Below are positions 17,203 through 27,115 of a DNA stretch of 64,000 nucleotides, piece after piece. The translations under genes and the position numbers were made by a program. Origin of the DNA: an uncultured Pseudorhodobacter sp. (GTDB taxonomy: Bacteria; Pseudomonadota; Alphaproteobacteria; Rhodobacterales; Rhodobacteraceae); the NCBI GenBank assembly GCA_913062925.1, contig CAJXWJ010000008.1, forward strand, positions 3,907 through 67,906. Reading direction: 5' to 3'. How positions within the stretch are numbered: the stretch's first letter is position 1; every line of letters starts with the position of its first letter. Below the pieces are notes generated by a model that ran no database searches, had not been told where the DNA came from, and was given only the letters and a program-made list of their open reading frames with translations.

Positions 17203-18150
17203 TCAGATCACCAAACTTGGCAGGGGCTGGCCTGCAAAATGCGCGCTTAGGTTTTGGCGCAGCAACGCGCCCATGCCCTGACGGGTCTCATAGGTGCCAG
17301 AGCCGTGATGCGGCTGCAAGAAGGCTTGCGGCAGCGCCTTAAAGCGCGGGTTCAGCGCGGGTTCGCCCTCGAACACATCAAGGGCAGCGGCGCGCAGGGC
17401 GCCAGTTTCCAGCGCATCCAGAAGTGCGGTCTCATCAACATTGGCGGCGCGGCTGACGTTGATCAACATGCCCTGCGGGCCAAGCGCCTTGATCACCGCA
17501 GCATTGACGATATGGCGGGTTTCGGCACTGGCGGCGAGGGTGACAAACAGAAAGTCGACCTCTTGCGCCAGCGCCACAGGGTCTTGGATAAAGGCCCAAT
17601 CGGCGGGCACCTCTTTGCGGCTTTGGCTGGAATAGGCGATCTGCATATCAAAGCCCGCCAGCCGTTTGGCCACCGCATGGCCAATCCGGCCCAGCCCCAA
17701 GACCCCCGCGCGCCGCCCCCAGACCCGGCTTTGCAGCGGATAGCCGCCCTTGGCCACCCAATCGCCCGAGCGCGCCCAAGCCTCGGCCGCAAGCATGCCG
17801 CGCGTCTGCGCCAGCATCATCGCCACCGCCAGATCGGCGACGTCATTGGTCAGCACATCGGGGGTGTTGGTCACCCGAATGCCGCGCGCGCGGCAAGCCG
17901 CCAGATCTACGGCATCATAGCCCACCCCGTAGACCGAGATCAGTTCAAGCTGTGGACAGGCCGCGATGATCTGCGCCGAGGCCCCCAATTCGCCGCGCGT
18001 GGCAATGGCGCGAATGCGCGGGCCAACCTGAGCCAGAAAGGCAGGCTTATCAGCGGCCTCGAAATAGCGATGCACCTGAAAGGCCGCCTCGAGCGGAATT
18101 TGGTCCCAATCAGGATAGGCGCCCATTTGCAGGAGATCTGGTTTTGACAT
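17203..18150 (-). CDS. D-isomer-specific 2-hydroxyacid dehydrogenase (2-ketoaldonate reductase-like)
   Basis: GVGYDAVD, GVLGLGRIG and LDVFEGEP motifs; stop abuts the idnD start. Confidence 0.9.
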   Translation of the reverse strand: MSKPDLLQMGAYPDWDQIPLEAAFQVHRYFEAADKPAFLAQVGPRIRAIATRGELGASAQIIAACPQLELISVYGVGYDAVDLAACRARGIRVTNTPDVLTNDVADLAVAMMLAQTRGMLAAEAWARSGDWVAKGGYPLQSRVWGRRAGVLGLGRIGHAVAKRLAGFDMQIAYSSQSRKEVPADWAFIQDPVALAQEVDFLFVTLAASAETRHIVNAAVIKALGPQGMLINVSRAANVDETALLDALETGALRAAALDVFEGEPALNPRFKALPQAFLQPHHGSGTYETRQGMGALLRQNLSAHFAGQPLPSLVI

Positions 18151-18202
18151 ATTTGACTTTCCAAGGCGGGCTTTATGGTTGACCTAGAGTCGCAGCTGCT
18201 AC

Positions 18203-18218
18203 ATGTTATCGATAACAT
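18203..18218. promoter_or_regulatory. LacI-family GntR/IdnR-type operator
   Basis: Perfect 16-bp palindrome ATGTTATCGATAACAT matching the ATGTTA-N4-TAACAT GntR consensus, between divergent operons. Confidence 0.85.
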
Positions 18219-18259
18219 AGCCGATTCATTTTCCCCCTGTCGAGCCTAAAAGGATGACC

Positions 18260-19027
18260 ATGAGCCTAAGCTTATTTGACCTGACCGCAAAACGCGCCCT
18301 GATCACCGGATCGTCGCAGGGCATAGGCATGGCCTTGGCGCGCGGCATGGCCGCAGCAGGGGCCGAGATTGTGATGAATGGGCGGGATGCGGCCAAGCTG
18401 ACAGCGGCGGCAAATGTCTTGCGCGGCGAAGGCTTTACCATTCACGAGCTGGTGTTTGACGTCACCGACCACAACGCTGTGCGCGCCGCGGTTGATGGCT
18501 TTGAGGCCGAGGTTGGCGCGATTGACATCTTGGTCAACAATGCCGGCATGCAGCATCGCGGCCCGCTGGAGGAATTTCCCGCCGATGCCTTCGAGCGGCT
18601 GTTACAGACCAATGTTGCTTCGGTGTTTCATGTCGGCCAAGCCTGCGCACGCCATATGATCGCGCGCGGCGCGGGCAAGATCGTCAATGTGGCCAGCGTG
18701 CAATCGGCCCTCGCCCGCCCCGGCATCGCGCCCTATACCGCCACCAAAGGTGCTGTGTCGAACCTGACCAAAGGCATGGCCACCGATTGGGCCAAACACG
18801 GGTTACAATGCAATGCGCTGGCACCGGGCTATTTCCTGACGCCGCTGAACAAGGCGCTGAGCGACGATCCCGCCTTTACCGATTGGCTGTGCAAGCGCAC
18901 CCCCGCAGGGCGCTGGGGCAATGTCGAAGAGCTGGTCGGAGCCTGCATCTTCCTGTCGTCGCAGGCCTCGTCTTTCGTCAATGGCACCACGCTTTACATT
19001 GACGGCGGCATCACGGTTTCGCTGTGA
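18260..19027 (+). CDS. idnO: Gluconate 5-dehydrogenase (SDR)
   Basis: LITGSSQGIG, NNAGMQHR, ASVQS.LARPGIAPYTATKG and PAGRWG motifs. Confidence 0.88.
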   Translation: MSLSLFDLTAKRALITGSSQGIGMALARGMAAAGAEIVMNGRDAAKLTAAANVLRGEGFTIHELVFDVTDHNAVRAAVDGFEAEVGAIDILVNNAGMQHRGPLEEFPADAFERLLQTNVASVFHVGQACARHMIARGAGKIVNVASVQSALARPGIAPYTATKGAVSNLTKGMATDWAKHGLQCNALAPGYFLTPLNKALSDDPAFTDWLCKRTPAGRWGNVEELVGACIFLSSQASSFVNGTTLYIDGGITVSL

Positions 19028-19506
19028 CGCGCTATGTGGTGATGGGGGTTTCGGGCTGTGGCAAAAGCCGGATTGGTGCGGCCTTTGCGCAGGCAAAGGG
19101 CTTGCGCTTTGTCGATGGCGACGATCTGCACCCTGCTGCCAATATCGCCAAGATGCGCCGCGGCGCGCCGCTGACCGACGCCGATCGCGCGCCTTGGCTG
19201 GCGCAGGTTGGCGCGGTTTTGGCGCGTGACGGCACGGTCGTGGCTTGTTCGGCGCTGAAACGCGCCTACCGCGACCAGATCCGGCAGGCGGCGGCGGCCT
19301 CGGTGACGTTTCTATACCTGCGCGGCAGTCGCGCGGTTTTGCTGGCACGGATGCAGGCAAGGCCGGGGCATTTCATGCCGCCTTCGCTTTTGGACAGCCA
19401 GCTTGCAACGCTGGAAGCGCCCAGCTTGGATGAAACCTTTGTGATGGCTGATATTGACCAGCCCCCCGAAGCGATTATTGCCCAGTTTCAGGAGGCCTTG
19501 CGATGA
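19024..19506 (+). CDS. idnK: Gluconokinase
   Basis: VMGVSGCGKS, DGDDLHP.ANI.KM..G.PLTD.DR.PWL, CSALKR.YRD and HFMP.SLLDSQ motifs. Confidence 0.92.
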   Translation: MTRYVVMGVSGCGKSRIGAAFAQAKGLRFVDGDDLHPAANIAKMRRGAPLTDADRAPWLAQVGAVLARDGTVVACSALKRAYRDQIRQAAAASVTFLYLRGSRAVLLARMQARPGHFMPPSLLDSQLATLEAPSLDETFVMADIDQPPEAIIAQFQEALR

Positions 19507-20390
19507 GCCAGAAAATCGCCTTGATCGGTGCGGGTGCCATGGGCGGCGCGATTGGCGCGCGGCTGGTGCAGATGGGGCAAGATCTGACGGTCTATGATCT
19601 GGACGCCGAGAAGGTGGCAGCGCTTGTAAGCTTGGGCGCGACGGCCGCAAGCTCGGCGGCCATGGCGGCAGCGCAGGCCGATTTTGTGGTGATCAGCCTG
19701 AACGCGGCGCAGATTGTCGAGCGGGCCGTGTTTGGCCCGCAGGGCGTGGCCGAAGGCGCGAAGGCTGGCAGCTTGCTGATTGATATGTCCTCGATTGACC
19801 CCGATGCCACCAAGGCGCTGGCGGCCAAAGCCGCAGCACTTGGTCTGCGCTGGGTGGACAGCCCGCTGTCAGGCGGCGCACCCAAGGTGGCACTGGGGCA
19901 ATTGACCCTGATGGTGGGGGGGGCCGCGCAGGATGTGGCCGAGGCGCAGCAGATCTTGCAGCATCTGGCCAGCAATTACACCCATATGGGCCACGTTGGC
20001 GCAGGCCAGACCACCAAGCTGATCAATCAGGTGCTTTGTGGATTGAACTTCATGGCAGTGGCCGAAGCGACGCAGCTGGCGCTTGCCGCAGGCGTGGATG
20101 CGGCAAAAATCCCGCAAGCGCTGCGCGGCGGGCGGGCCGACAGCGCGATCTTGCAAGAATATATGCCGCGCTTTGCGACGAAGGATTATCGCCGCACAGG
20201 CCGGATAGATAATATGGTCAAAGACCTGAATGCCGCGCAAGATTTGGCACGGCGCAGCAACACATCAATGCCGCTGACCGCCGTTTGCGCCGAGATCCAC
20301 CGCATGCTGACCGCCGCCGGTTTGGGCGGCGAAGATCAAGCCGCACTGATGGAATATTTCACCGGACCAAATAAGGATTTCTTCGCATGA
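19503..20390 (+). CDS. NAD(P)-dependent beta-hydroxyacid dehydrogenase (3-hydroxyisobutyrate/tartronate-semialdehyde reductase family)
   Basis: LIGAGAMG, DMSSI, DSPLSGG and GAGQTTKLINQ motifs. Confidence 0.88.
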   Translation: MSQKIALIGAGAMGGAIGARLVQMGQDLTVYDLDAEKVAALVSLGATAASSAAMAAAQADFVVISLNAAQIVERAVFGPQGVAEGAKAGSLLIDMSSIDPDATKALAAKAAALGLRWVDSPLSGGAPKVALGQLTLMVGGAAQDVAEAQQILQHLASNYTHMGHVGAGQTTKLINQVLCGLNFMAVAEATQLALAAGVDAAKIPQALRGGRADSAILQEYMPRFATKDYRRTGRIDNMVKDLNAAQDLARRSNTSMPLTAVCAEIHRMLTAAGLGGEDQAALMEYFTGPNKDFFA

Positions 20391-20719
20391 TCACCCGATT
20401 TGCTGTGTTTGAGGGCCAATTAAAGCCGGGCACCACCGAGGCCTTTCGCGCCGCCGTCACCGCGCAGCTTGTGCCTTTGTGGCGGCAATTTCCCGGCAAT
20501 ACCGATGTGCGTGTCAGCTTTGGCTGCGAACGTGACGAAGGCGCGCCGGAATTTCCGCTGATGCTGGCGATCAGCTACCCCGACCGCGCAGCGCTGGACC
20601 AAGCGCTGACCAGCCCGTTTCGCGCCCAATCGCGCGATGTCACGGCCCAAATCGTGGCGCAGTATTTCGAGGGCCGCATCCATCATCATGTCACCGAGGC
20701 CCAAGAATACAAAGGCTAG
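20387..20719 (+). CDS. Small EthD-like dimeric alpha/beta-barrel protein
   Basis: 110 aa, coupled ATGA start; H..LV..FPG…Y.D..AL..AL.SP.R-type EthD pattern (LVPLWRQFPG, YPDRAALDQALTSPFR). Confidence 0.6.
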   Translation: MITRFAVFEGQLKPGTTEAFRAAVTAQLVPLWRQFPGNTDVRVSFGCERDEGAPEFPLMLAISYPDRAALDQALTSPFRAQSRDVTAQIVAQYFEGRIHHHVTEAQEYKG

Positions 20720-20775
20720 TCAGCATAGACAGCGCCGCGCAAAGCTGACAAGCAGCGCGGCGAAAGCGGGGAAAG

Positions 20776-21789
20776 ATGCAGCAAAGCGCGAAAACCATGA
20801 AGGATGTGGCCCAAGCGGCGGGGGTGTCGGTGATGACCGTCAGCCGCGCCTTTAAGGCTGATCGCTCGGTTTCCGACAGCACGCGCGAGCGCATTCGCCA
20901 GATTGCCGATGATCTGGGCTATGTCTTTGACAGCACTGCCGCCAATCTGCGCACCCAAAAAACCAGCTTTGTTGCGGTGACGATTCCGTCGATCAACAAT
21001 GCCAACTTTGCCGATACGGTGGGGGCGCTGTCTGATCGGCTGGCCGAGGCGGGAATGCAGGTGCTGCTGGGCTATAGCGGCTATAGTGTGGCCAAAGAAG
21101 AAGAGCTGATCGAGCAACTGCTGCGCAGGCGGCCCGAGGCGATTGTGGTTACAGGCGGGCGGCACAGCCCGCGCAGCCGCAAGATGCTGGCCAATGCGGG
21201 CATTCCAGTGATTGAAACCTGGGACCTGCCCGAAGCTCCGCTGGGTCATGTGGTGGGCTTTTCCAATGCCGATACCATGGCCGCAATGGTCGATCACCTT
21301 GCCGCGCGCGGCATGCAGCGGATCGGCTTTATCGGCGGCGATACCGATGGCGACACCCGCGGCGCGGACCGCCGGCGCGGCTTTATCGCGGCGATGCAGC
21401 GCCACGGCTTGGCCACTGACCGGCTGATTGGCGCAGGCCGCCCGCCGATCTCGATGCGCGAGGGGGCGGCGGCAATGGGGCAACTTCTGGACAGTCTGCC
21501 CGATACCCAAGCGGTGGTTTGCGTCTCGGACCTATCGGCCTTTGGGGCGCTGACCGAATGCCAGCGCCGCGGCATCAAAGTGCCCGAGCAGATCGCGATT
21601 GCAGGCTTTGGGGCCTATGAAATCGCAGGGATTTCGCATCCGACCATCACCACCATCGACCCGCGCCCGCGCCTGATTGGGCTAGAGGCCGCAAACCTGA
21701 TCCTGACCTTGCTGGACCCAAAGCGCGCAGCACTTGCGCCCAAGACCGTCAAGATCGACTGGCAGCTTTGCGCCGCCCAAACCACCTAA
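20776..21789 (+). CDS. LacI-family transcriptional regulator (GntR/IdnR-like)
   Basis: TMKDVAQAAGVSVMTVSRA HTH; PVIETWDL and VGFSN motifs typical of gluconate repressor-like proteins. Confidence 0.9.
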   Translation: MQQSAKTMKDVAQAAGVSVMTVSRAFKADRSVSDSTRERIRQIADDLGYVFDSTAANLRTQKTSFVAVTIPSINNANFADTVGALSDRLAEAGMQVLLGYSGYSVAKEEELIEQLLRRRPEAIVVTGGRHSPRSRKMLANAGIPVIETWDLPEAPLGHVVGFSNADTMAAMVDHLAARGMQRIGFIGGDTDGDTRGADRRRGFIAAMQRHGLATDRLIGAGRPPISMREGAAAMGQLLDSLPDTQAVVCVSDLSAFGALTECQRRGIKVPEQIAIAGFGAYEIAGISHPTITTIDPRPRLIGLEAANLILTLLDPKRAALAPKTVKIDWQLCAAQTT

Positions 21790-21793
21790 AGCG

Positions 21794-22666
21794 TCAGAAC
21801 CACTGCCCCGGCTCCATCAGCCCCAGATCCATCAGCTGTTGGCTGTGCCATTCAAACGGAATGGAATTGTGCCAGCGGAAATTATGAATATCAAAGCGCG
21901 AACCTGCATTGGTGCGCAGGGCTTTGGCGGTGCGAAACGACACGATAGCGGTGGTTATGTTATGGTGCCAGGCGCAAGCATAGGTGTTGTATTCCTCGTC
22001 TGAAAAAGTGAAATCGGCGCGCAATTTCAGCCCGGGCTTGGCGCGAAACAGTGCGATGCGGTCGATCTTGCGTTTGGCGGGTGGGATATGCTCTTCAAAA
22101 CGCCAACGCAGACCACCAAAAAAATCCAGCTGCCGCTCTTTGGGGTGATTGTGGTTGGCAGGGTCTGGACGCGCCAAAGCGTAATAGCCCGATTTGTCCA
22201 GATAGGCGCGCTCGAGCGAGACGGCATTCGGGGCTTCGGACAGATCATCGGCATAAAGATCAACCACATAAGACAGAAAAGCTTCGCGGCGCTCTTCAAT
22301 CTGAAAGCTGATCATCTCGCGGATATTGCGGGTCTCGCAAAACGGAAAGAACAGATATTCGGCATTATAACAGTAATACATCCAGATGCCGGGCGCTGCC
22401 TCGATCAGGCGATTGACCGCCGAAAGCAGCGCCTGTTCGGCATGGACATCATAGCGAATACGGTGGATTTTTTCTTCGACCTCGGCGGGCAAATCAAAGA
22501 TATCGGGCGACAGCAGCACCACCTCGGCAAAGCCTGCATTCAGATGGTGGCGCAGGGTGGTATCCAGCTCGATCTCGTCTTCGGCAAAGACAATGGCCAG
22601 CGGTCCCTTGGCAAGGGCCGGTTTCGACTGGCTTAAAAACGCCTCAAGCGAGGTATATTTCATCAT
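21794..22666 (-). CDS. Conserved Rhodobacteraceae GT2-like protein
   Basis: [10 protein letters not shown] start; RHH..AGF and [14 protein letters not shown] motifs; divergent from miaB. Confidence 0.65.
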   Translation of the reverse strand: MMKYTSLEAFLSQSKPALAKGPLAIVFAEDEIELDTTLRHHLNAGFAEVVLLSPDIFDLPAEVEEKIHRIRYDVHAEQALLSAVNRLIEAAPGIWMYYCYNAEYLFFPFCETRNIREMISFQIEERREAFLSYVVDLYADDLSEAPNAVSLERAYLDKSGYYALARPDPANHNHPKERQLDFFGGLRWRFEEHIPPAKRKIDRIALFRAKPGLKLRADFTFSDEEYNTYACAWHHNITTAIVSFRTAKALRTNAGSRFDIHNFRWHNSIPFEWHSQQLMDLGLMEPGQWF

Positions 22667-22796
22667 GCGCCCTATTGGCCTTAACTCGTATCGCGCCAAA
22701 GTCCGCGAACTGCGGCCGCATTGCAAGCCCCAGACCGCGGCGGCGTTGCGAAAGCCGCACTTATGGCGTAAGCGGGCGGCGACAATGAGGTGTGTT

Positions 22797-24110
22797 ATGG
22801 CCGATCCGAAAAAGCTGTTCATCAAGACCTATGGTTGCCAGATGAACGTATATGACAGCGAGCGCATGGCCGAGGCGATGGGCGCGGATGGCTATGTCAG
22901 CGTCGATAGCGCCGAGGGTGCCGATATGGTGCTGATCAACACCTGCCATATTCGCGAAAAGGCTTCGGAAAAGCTTTACTCCGACCTTGGCCGCCTGCGC
23001 AAACTCAAGGCCGAAAACCCCGCGATGAAGATCGGCGTGGCCGGCTGCGTGGCCCAGGCCGAAGGCGCAGAGATCTTGCGCCGGATGCCTTTGGTGGATC
23101 TGGTGGTTGGGCCGCAGGCCTATCACCGTCTGCCCGAAATGGCGCGCGCGCCTGGGCAAAGCATCGACACCGATTTCCCGCTTGAAGATAAATTCGACGC
23201 CCTGCCCGAACGCAAGGCCCTGCGCGGCCCTGCGGCGTTTCTGACAGTGCAAGAAGGCTGCGACAAGTTTTGCGCCTTTTGCGTGGTGCCCTATACCCGC
23301 GGTGCCGAAGTCTCGCGCCCTGTCGAGCGGATCTTGACCGAGGCGCGCGGGCTGGTGGCGCGCGGGGTGCGCGACATCACTTTGCTGGGGCAGAATGTGA
23401 ATGCCTATCACGGCATGATGCAGGATCAAGACTGGACGCTGGCGCGGTTGTTGCGCGAAATGGCGCAGATCGACGGGCTGGAGCGGCTGCGCTATACCAC
23501 CTCGCATCCCAATGACATGGACGACGATCTAATTGCCGCCCATGGCGATTTGCCCAAGCTGATGCCCTATCTCCACCTGCCCGTGCAATCAGGATCAGAC
23601 CGCATCCTCAAGGCGATGAACCGCAAACACAGCGCTGAAGATTACCTGCGGCTGATTGAACGCATTCGCGCCGCGCGGCCGGATATCTTGTTGTCGTCAG
23701 ACTTCATCGTTGGCTTTCCCGGCGAGACCGAGGCTGAATTCGAGCAGACCCTGGATCTGATCCGCGCTGTTGGGTTTGGCATGGCCTATTCGTTCAAATA
23801 CTCGGCCCGCCCCGGCACGCCTGCGGCCGAAAAGCCCGAATTGCCCGCAGACGTCTCGGACGCGCGCTTGCAGCGCTTGCAGGCCTTGCTGGGCGAGCAG
23901 CAGCGCGCCGCACAATCGGCCATGGTGGGGCGTGAGGTCGGGGTGCTTTACGAAAAGCCCGGACGGCAAGAGGGCCAGATGATTGGCAAATCCGATCATT
24001 TGCACGCGGTGCATGTCAACGACTCGACAGGGCAAATCGGCGATTTGGTGCGGGTGCGGATCACCGCCGCTGCATCGAATTCCTTGGCAGGAGAGCGGCT
24101 GCCAGCCTAG
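22797..24110 (+). CDS. miaB: tRNA-2-methylthio-N6-dimethylallyladenosine synthase
   Basis: [37 protein letters not shown] (radical SAM) and C-terminal TRAM domain. Confidence 0.97.
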   Translation: MADPKKLFIKTYGCQMNVYDSERMAEAMGADGYVSVDSAEGADMVLINTCHIREKASEKLYSDLGRLRKLKAENPAMKIGVAGCVAQAEGAEILRRMPLVDLVVGPQAYHRLPEMARAPGQSIDTDFPLEDKFDALPERKALRGPAAFLTVQEGCDKFCAFCVVPYTRGAEVSRPVERILTEARGLVARGVRDITLLGQNVNAYHGMMQDQDWTLARLLREMAQIDGLERLRYTTSHPNDMDDDLIAAHGDLPKLMPYLHLPVQSGSDRILKAMNRKHSAEDYLRLIERIRAARPDILLSSDFIVGFPGETEAEFEQTLDLIRAVGFGMAYSFKYSARPGTPAAEKPELPADVSDARLQRLQALLGEQQRAAQSAMVGREVGVLYEKPGRQEGQMIGKSDHLHAVHVNDSTGQIGDLVRVRITAAASNSLAGERLPA

Positions 24111-24296
24111 CCCTGCGCCGCGTTGTTTCCAAGATTGTGGGTAATGTAGCATATTTTGTCCCATTGGGGCGGATATTTACTACAATTGGTTATCAATTAA
24201 CCTCAAACGTATATATTTTACTTTACTTCAAGGTAGGCCAGCGGCAAACCTTCTGCTGAGTGTAGTTGTTTTCCTATGAGTAAGGGGCCTGCCGCC

Positions 24297-24890
24297 ATGG
24301 AACGCATTTCCAGAGCAGTAAAACGAGGGATCGGAGGCGCGGCCTTGGCCGTGGGCCTGCTGACCGCCACAATATCCGCTGCTGACACATATGCTGCGAA
24401 AAACAGCGTGGCGGGTCCGGTGGTTGCTGGCAAGATCATCTGGGGCGCTTGGATCGACCCCGATGGCTGCATGCATTGGTGGGCCGATGGCGGCCTTGAA
24501 GGCTATATGCTGGATCGGGTTCATCCGACAACCGGCAAGCCCGTTTGCCTGAAGCGTAACACCTGCCTTGTGGAAAACACCGACCAAATGTTTGCCACCG
24601 ACAGCGCCCAATTGACCGGCGAAGGGCGGCGTCGCTTGCAGAATTTCTTCACCAACTCGGGCGCCTTTGGCTATGCCGTCTACGGCCATACCGACAGTCG
24701 TGCCTCGGATGAATACAACATGAGGCTGTCGCAACGTCGCGCCGAAGCCGTGGCCCGCGTCGCCCGCTCGGTCGGGGCTGTGGTGGATCGTCAGATCGGC
24801 TTTGGCGAGCGCGAACCACGCGCCAGCAATGCTTCGGCCGAAGGCATGCGCCAGAATCGCCGCGTCGAAATCGTTTGCTATAGGTGGTAA
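24297..24890 (+). CDS. OmpA-family outer membrane protein with N-terminal DPDGC module
   Basis: FATDSA, GHTDSRAS.EYN.RLSQRRA.AV and GE..P.ASN...EG..QNRRVEI (OmpA-like domain). Confidence 0.88.
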   Translation: MERISRAVKRGIGGAALAVGLLTATISAADTYAAKNSVAGPVVAGKIIWGAWIDPDGCMHWWADGGLEGYMLDRVHPTTGKPVCLKRNTCLVENTDQMFATDSAQLTGEGRRRLQNFFTNSGAFGYAVYGHTDSRASDEYNMRLSQRRAEAVARVARSVGAVVDRQIGFGEREPRASNASAEGMRQNRRVEIVCYRW

Positions 24891-24895
24891 CGGAT

Positions 24896-25243
24896 ATGGT
24901 AAAGTTTCTAAGTCTTGCGGCAAGCCTATCGGTCGCCACGCTGATCTCGGGCTGTGTCGGTCTGACGCCTTATAAAGCGGGTCAAAATACCGTGATTGCG
25001 ACAAATCAGGACACCGGATTTGACAAGTCAGGCTTGGCAAATGCCAAGGCCGCGATTGCCTATGATCCTGATGGCTGTCAGGGCTGGATCATCGACGATG
25101 GCGCCGAGGGCTATTCCGGTCGCCGGTTTGACCCTGCCTCCGGCCTGCCAGTGTGCAACAGCCTCTATCCGCCGGGAACCGTGCTGGGCAATTACACCTT
25201 TAGCGGTGGCGAAGCGCGCTCGGATTGGGTGCCAAAGCGCTAG
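24896..25243 (+). CDS. Lipoprotein with DPDGC module
   Basis: Lipobox ISG|C; DPDGCQGWIIDDGAEGY...DPASGLPVC. Confidence 0.75.
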   Translation: MVKFLSLAASLSVATLISGCVGLTPYKAGQNTVIATNQDTGFDKSGLANAKAAIAYDPDGCQGWIIDDGAEGYSGRRFDPASGLPVCNSLYPPGTVLGNYTFSGGEARSDWVPKR

Positions 25244-25266
25244 ATGCGCGCAAAAGGATAAGATCG

Positions 25267-25293
25267 GGCCGCAGTGCAAGCTGCGGCCTTTTT
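25267..25293 (+). terminator. Rho-independent terminator
   Basis: GGCCGCAG-TGCAAG-CTGCGGCC followed by TTTTT. Confidence 0.8.
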
Positions 25294-25425
25294 CTTTGCG
25301 CAATTCTTAGGCATGCAGGCAATTGTCACGGCTTTGACATGGCGCGGGGCCATCTTGGCCTTGCCAGAGCAAACTTATAGGCTCACACTAGATCTAGACG
25401 TCACCTTCATTAAAAGGAGCAGCCT

Positions 25426-26445
25426 TTGGGCATCAGCGCGTTGACACCCCCGAGCAGACCCGAGGATATTGTGGAAACCACCTTGGAATTTCCCGACAAT
25501 CGGCTTTTGATCAGCCTCTGTGGCGAATACGACCGCAACCTTGCGCAGATCGAGCATCAGATGGGGGTGAATGTGCTGCGCCGGGGCAATCGCTTGGCGG
25601 TGATTGGCGATTTGGGCGCGCGCGAGCAAGCCGCAGCGGTGCTGCGTGCGCTTTATGCGCGGCTGGAGGCCGGGCGCGATTTGGTGGCGGGCGATATCGA
25701 CGGCGCCATCCGCATGGGCCAACCGATGCCAAATGTGATGCGCACTGACCCAGCCGAGCAGATCGAGATGTTCAATGGCGGCGATTTCGAGCTGCGCACC
25801 CGCAAGAAACCCATCGCTCCGCGCACCGAGGCGCAAAAGGCCTATGTCGCCAATCTGTTCGCCAATGAAATGGGCTTTGGCATTGGGCCTGCGGGCACCG
25901 GCAAGACCTATCTTGCCGTGGCGGTGGGGGTGACGATGATGATTTCCGGCGCGGTGGAAAAGATCATCCTGAGCCGTCCGGCTGTCGAAGCGGGCGAGCG
26001 TTTGGGGTTTTTGCCTGGCGATATGAAGGAAAAGATCGACCCCTATATGCAGCCGCTTTACGACGCGCTGAATGATTTTCTGCCGGCCAAGCAGTTGCAA
26101 AAACTGATGGAAGACAAGCGGATCGAGATTGCGCCCCTGGCCTTTATGCGCGGGCGGACCTTGTCAAACGCCTTTGTGGTGCTGGATGAGGCGCAAAACG
26201 CCACCACCATGCAGATGAAAATGTTCCTGACCCGCCTGGGCGAAGGCTCGCGTATGGTGATCACAGGCGACCGTACGCAGGTCGATTTGCCGCGCGGCAC
26301 GGCTTCGGGCTTGGCGGATGCCGAGCGTATTCTGGCGGGGGTTAAGGGGGTATCGTTTAACTACTTCACCTCGAAGGATGTCGTGCGCCACCCGCTTGTG
26401 GCGCGGGTAATCGAGGCTTATGAGCGCGACGAGGCTAAAGGCTAG
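25426..26445 (+). CDS. phoH: PhoH-family ATPase (YbeZ)
   Basis: GPAGTGKTYLAV, RPAVEAGE.LGFLPGD, RGRTL, DEAQN and GD.TQVDLP motifs. Confidence 0.95.
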   Translation: MGISALTPPSRPEDIVETTLEFPDNRLLISLCGEYDRNLAQIEHQMGVNVLRRGNRLAVIGDLGAREQAAAVLRALYARLEAGRDLVAGDIDGAIRMGQPMPNVMRTDPAEQIEMFNGGDFELRTRKKPIAPRTEAQKAYVANLFANEMGFGIGPAGTGKTYLAVAVGVTMMISGAVEKIILSRPAVEAGERLGFLPGDMKEKIDPYMQPLYDALNDFLPAKQLQKLMEDKRIEIAPLAFMRGRTLSNAFVVLDEAQNATTMQMKMFLTRLGEGSRMVITGDRTQVDLPRGTASGLADAERILAGVKGVSFNYFTSKDVVRHPLVARVIEAYERDEAKG

Positions 26446-26471
26446 CGACGGGATTTGTGGCGGGCGACGCA

Positions 26472-26534
26472 GGGGGGCTTTGCCCCCCTCACGGCCTGCG
26501 GCCTCTCCCCCCAGGATATTTAGAGACAGATGAA
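26472..26534 (+). repeat. REP-like intergenic repeat, longer variant
   Basis: GGGGGGCTTTGCCCCCC hairpin followed by ...CCCCCCAGGATATTTAGAGACAGATGAA, sharing GGATATTT-N6/7-AGATGAA with 31586 and 39888. Confidence 0.65.
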
Positions 26535-26574
26535 CGGGCTTGAGATGTGCGCTGCGGCACCATATGAGGCGGTT

Positions 26575-27075
26575 ATGGAGCCATTTTTGGACATAGTGAT
26601 TGAGGATGCGCGCTGGGAGGCACTTGGGCTTGCGGCCTTGGCGCAGCCTGCGGTGCTGGCGGCCTGTACCGAGGTTGGGCTGGAGGTTGAAGGCTTTAGT
26701 CTTTGTCTGATGGGCTGCGATGACGCGCGGATCGCAGTTTTGAACGGCGACTTTCGCGGCAAGGCGGCGGCGACCAATGTGTTGAGCTGGCCATCAGAAG
26801 AGCGCGGGGCAGAGCTTGGCTGCGTGCCGGATTTGCCAGCGGCGGGCGAGATCGACGACCCTGAGCCTTTGGGCGATATTGCCATTGCCTATGACACCTG
26901 TGCGGCAGAAGCGGCGGCGGCGGGCAAGCCGATGCGTGATCATGTGCAGCATTTGGTTGTTCATGGATTTTTACATTTGCTGGGCTACGATCACATTGAT
27001 GACGCAGATGCCACGGTGATGGAAGCAACTGAGGTGCGGATACTTGCGCGCTTGGGGCTTTCTGACCCATACTAG
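26575..27075 (+). CDS. ybeY: rRNA maturation endoribonuclease YbeY
   Basis: LN.DFRGK..ATNVLSWP, LGDIAI and HGFLHLLGYDH motifs. Confidence 0.95.
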   Translation: MEPFLDIVIEDARWEALGLAALAQPAVLAACTEVGLEVEGFSLCLMGCDDARIAVLNGDFRGKAAATNVLSWPSEERGAELGCVPDLPAAGEIDDPEPLGDIAIAYDTCAAEAAAAGKPMRDHVQHLVVHGFLHLLGYDHIDDADATVMEATEVRILARLGLSDPY

Positions 27076-27115
27076 TGGGGCCCTCTGTGCGGGGGCGGTT
27101 TTGGAAAAAGGGCCG

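Noticed and set aside
24120-24275. CtrA or FnrL boxes in AT-rich intergenic regions
   Set aside because: No full TTAA-N7-TTAA or TTGAT-N4-ATCAA match was found here or in the other intergenic regions checked
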